From: a virus
Taxonomy: Duplodnaviria > Caudoviricetes
Virus record (IMG/VR): IMGVR_UViG_3300042934_000093
Span: 1-25,611 of that record
DNA: 25,611 bases
Direction: 5' to 3' (one strand)
Shown here: positions 25,124 to 25,611 of the stretch, in pieces
How positions within the stretch are numbered: the first letter of the stretch is position 1
Layout of the letters: each line of letters begins with the position of its first letter
Program-made: the position numbers and the translations under genes
Notes under the pieces: generated by a model
What the model saw: the letters and a program-made list of their open reading frames with translations, nothing else
What the model was told of the DNA's origin: nothing
Databases searched by the model: none

Positions 25124-25611
25124 CAAGCAATAGCTGCAAAGATTGCTTAAGATATTATGCATGTAACCATAAAGATTGCGTAGGCTTTGTATCATCTTAC
25201 GGAACCGTTGACGACGACGGCAGATGCTCTAGTTTAACGCATTCAAATAAGGTACGATATGCTACAGGCGGTATAGTAAATAAAGATTTTTCTCTTGCTA
25301 CACCTGAAGTAAGTAAAGAAACTTTTATTCCGTTAAACATTGTAAAGGCCCTTTATGTATGTGATCCAGATATGAATGTATCATGTACTAAACATGAGTG
25401 TAATACACCTAACAGCTTATGTAATCGCACTAAAAATATTAACTATAAGAAGGAGAACAGTGAAATGCACAACATGCTTGAAATGCAAAAAAATCTACAG
25501 AAGTTCTTGGGAACAGACTTTGAGGCAATGAATAATCAAGAGCGCGTTGCTTTTATTAAGGAGCATAGTATTCATTTAAATCAGGAAATTAATGAAGCAC
25601 TTTATGAGCTA
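25120..25611 (+). CDS. 3'-truncated ORF: Cys-rich N-terminal region fused in frame to a dimeric (all-alpha) dUTPase-like domain (not in ORF track)
   Basis: ATGA overlap with the YqaJ stop; open for 164 codons to the window end. From ATG 25465 (own AAGGAG site): MLEMQKNLQ...LNQEINEALYEL, the start pattern of dUTPase_2/MazG-like proteins. Confidence 0.7.
   Translation, partial: MTSNSCKDCLRYYACNHKDCVGFVSSYGTVDDDGRCSSLTHSNKVRYATGGIVNKDFSLATPEVSKETFIPLNIVKALYVCDPDMNVSCTKHECNTPNSLCNRTKNINYKKENSEMHNMLEMQKNLQKFLGTDFEAMNNQERVAFIKEHSIHLNQEINEALYEL

Noticed and set aside
1-25611. Integrase, att site, transposase or host genes
   Set aside because: None recognisable; lifestyle (temperate or lytic) cannot be determined from this window.

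Overview
A 25.6-kb, AT-rich segment of a tailed (siphovirus-type) phage, probably infecting a spore-forming Bacillota/Clostridia host (inferred from strong GGAGG ribosome sites, XkdX, a CHAP-PG_binding endolysin and a SleB-like hydrolase). Every gene I can support is on the + strand. 1-11220 is the tail module: 5'-truncated tape measure protein, distal tail/hub proteins, two paralogous fibres, a propeller adhesin and duplicated fibre-chaperone genes. 11239-12857 is the lysis cassette and its terminator. 12860-14910 is a regulatory/non-coding hinge holding a SleB-like hydrolase, mirrored 44-bp repeat arrays (candidate origin), a 148-aa unknown gene and about 600 nt of back-to-back hairpins around an atypical tRNA. 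14923-end is the replication module: SNF2 helicase, AbrB-like protein, VRR-NUC, sigma factor, ATP ligase, RNase HI, SSB-like protein, DnaG-primase/MCM-helicase fusion, YqaJ exonuclease and a 3'-truncated dUTPase fusion. Five genes missing from the ORF track were found by reading the sequence. Best leads: the structured-RNA/tRNA block, a tape-measure C-terminal motif reused in the dUTPase-fused protein, the primase-MCM fusion with a nested SD-led +1 ORF, and the mirrored repeat arrays. All family calls are by-eye motif recognition, not database results.
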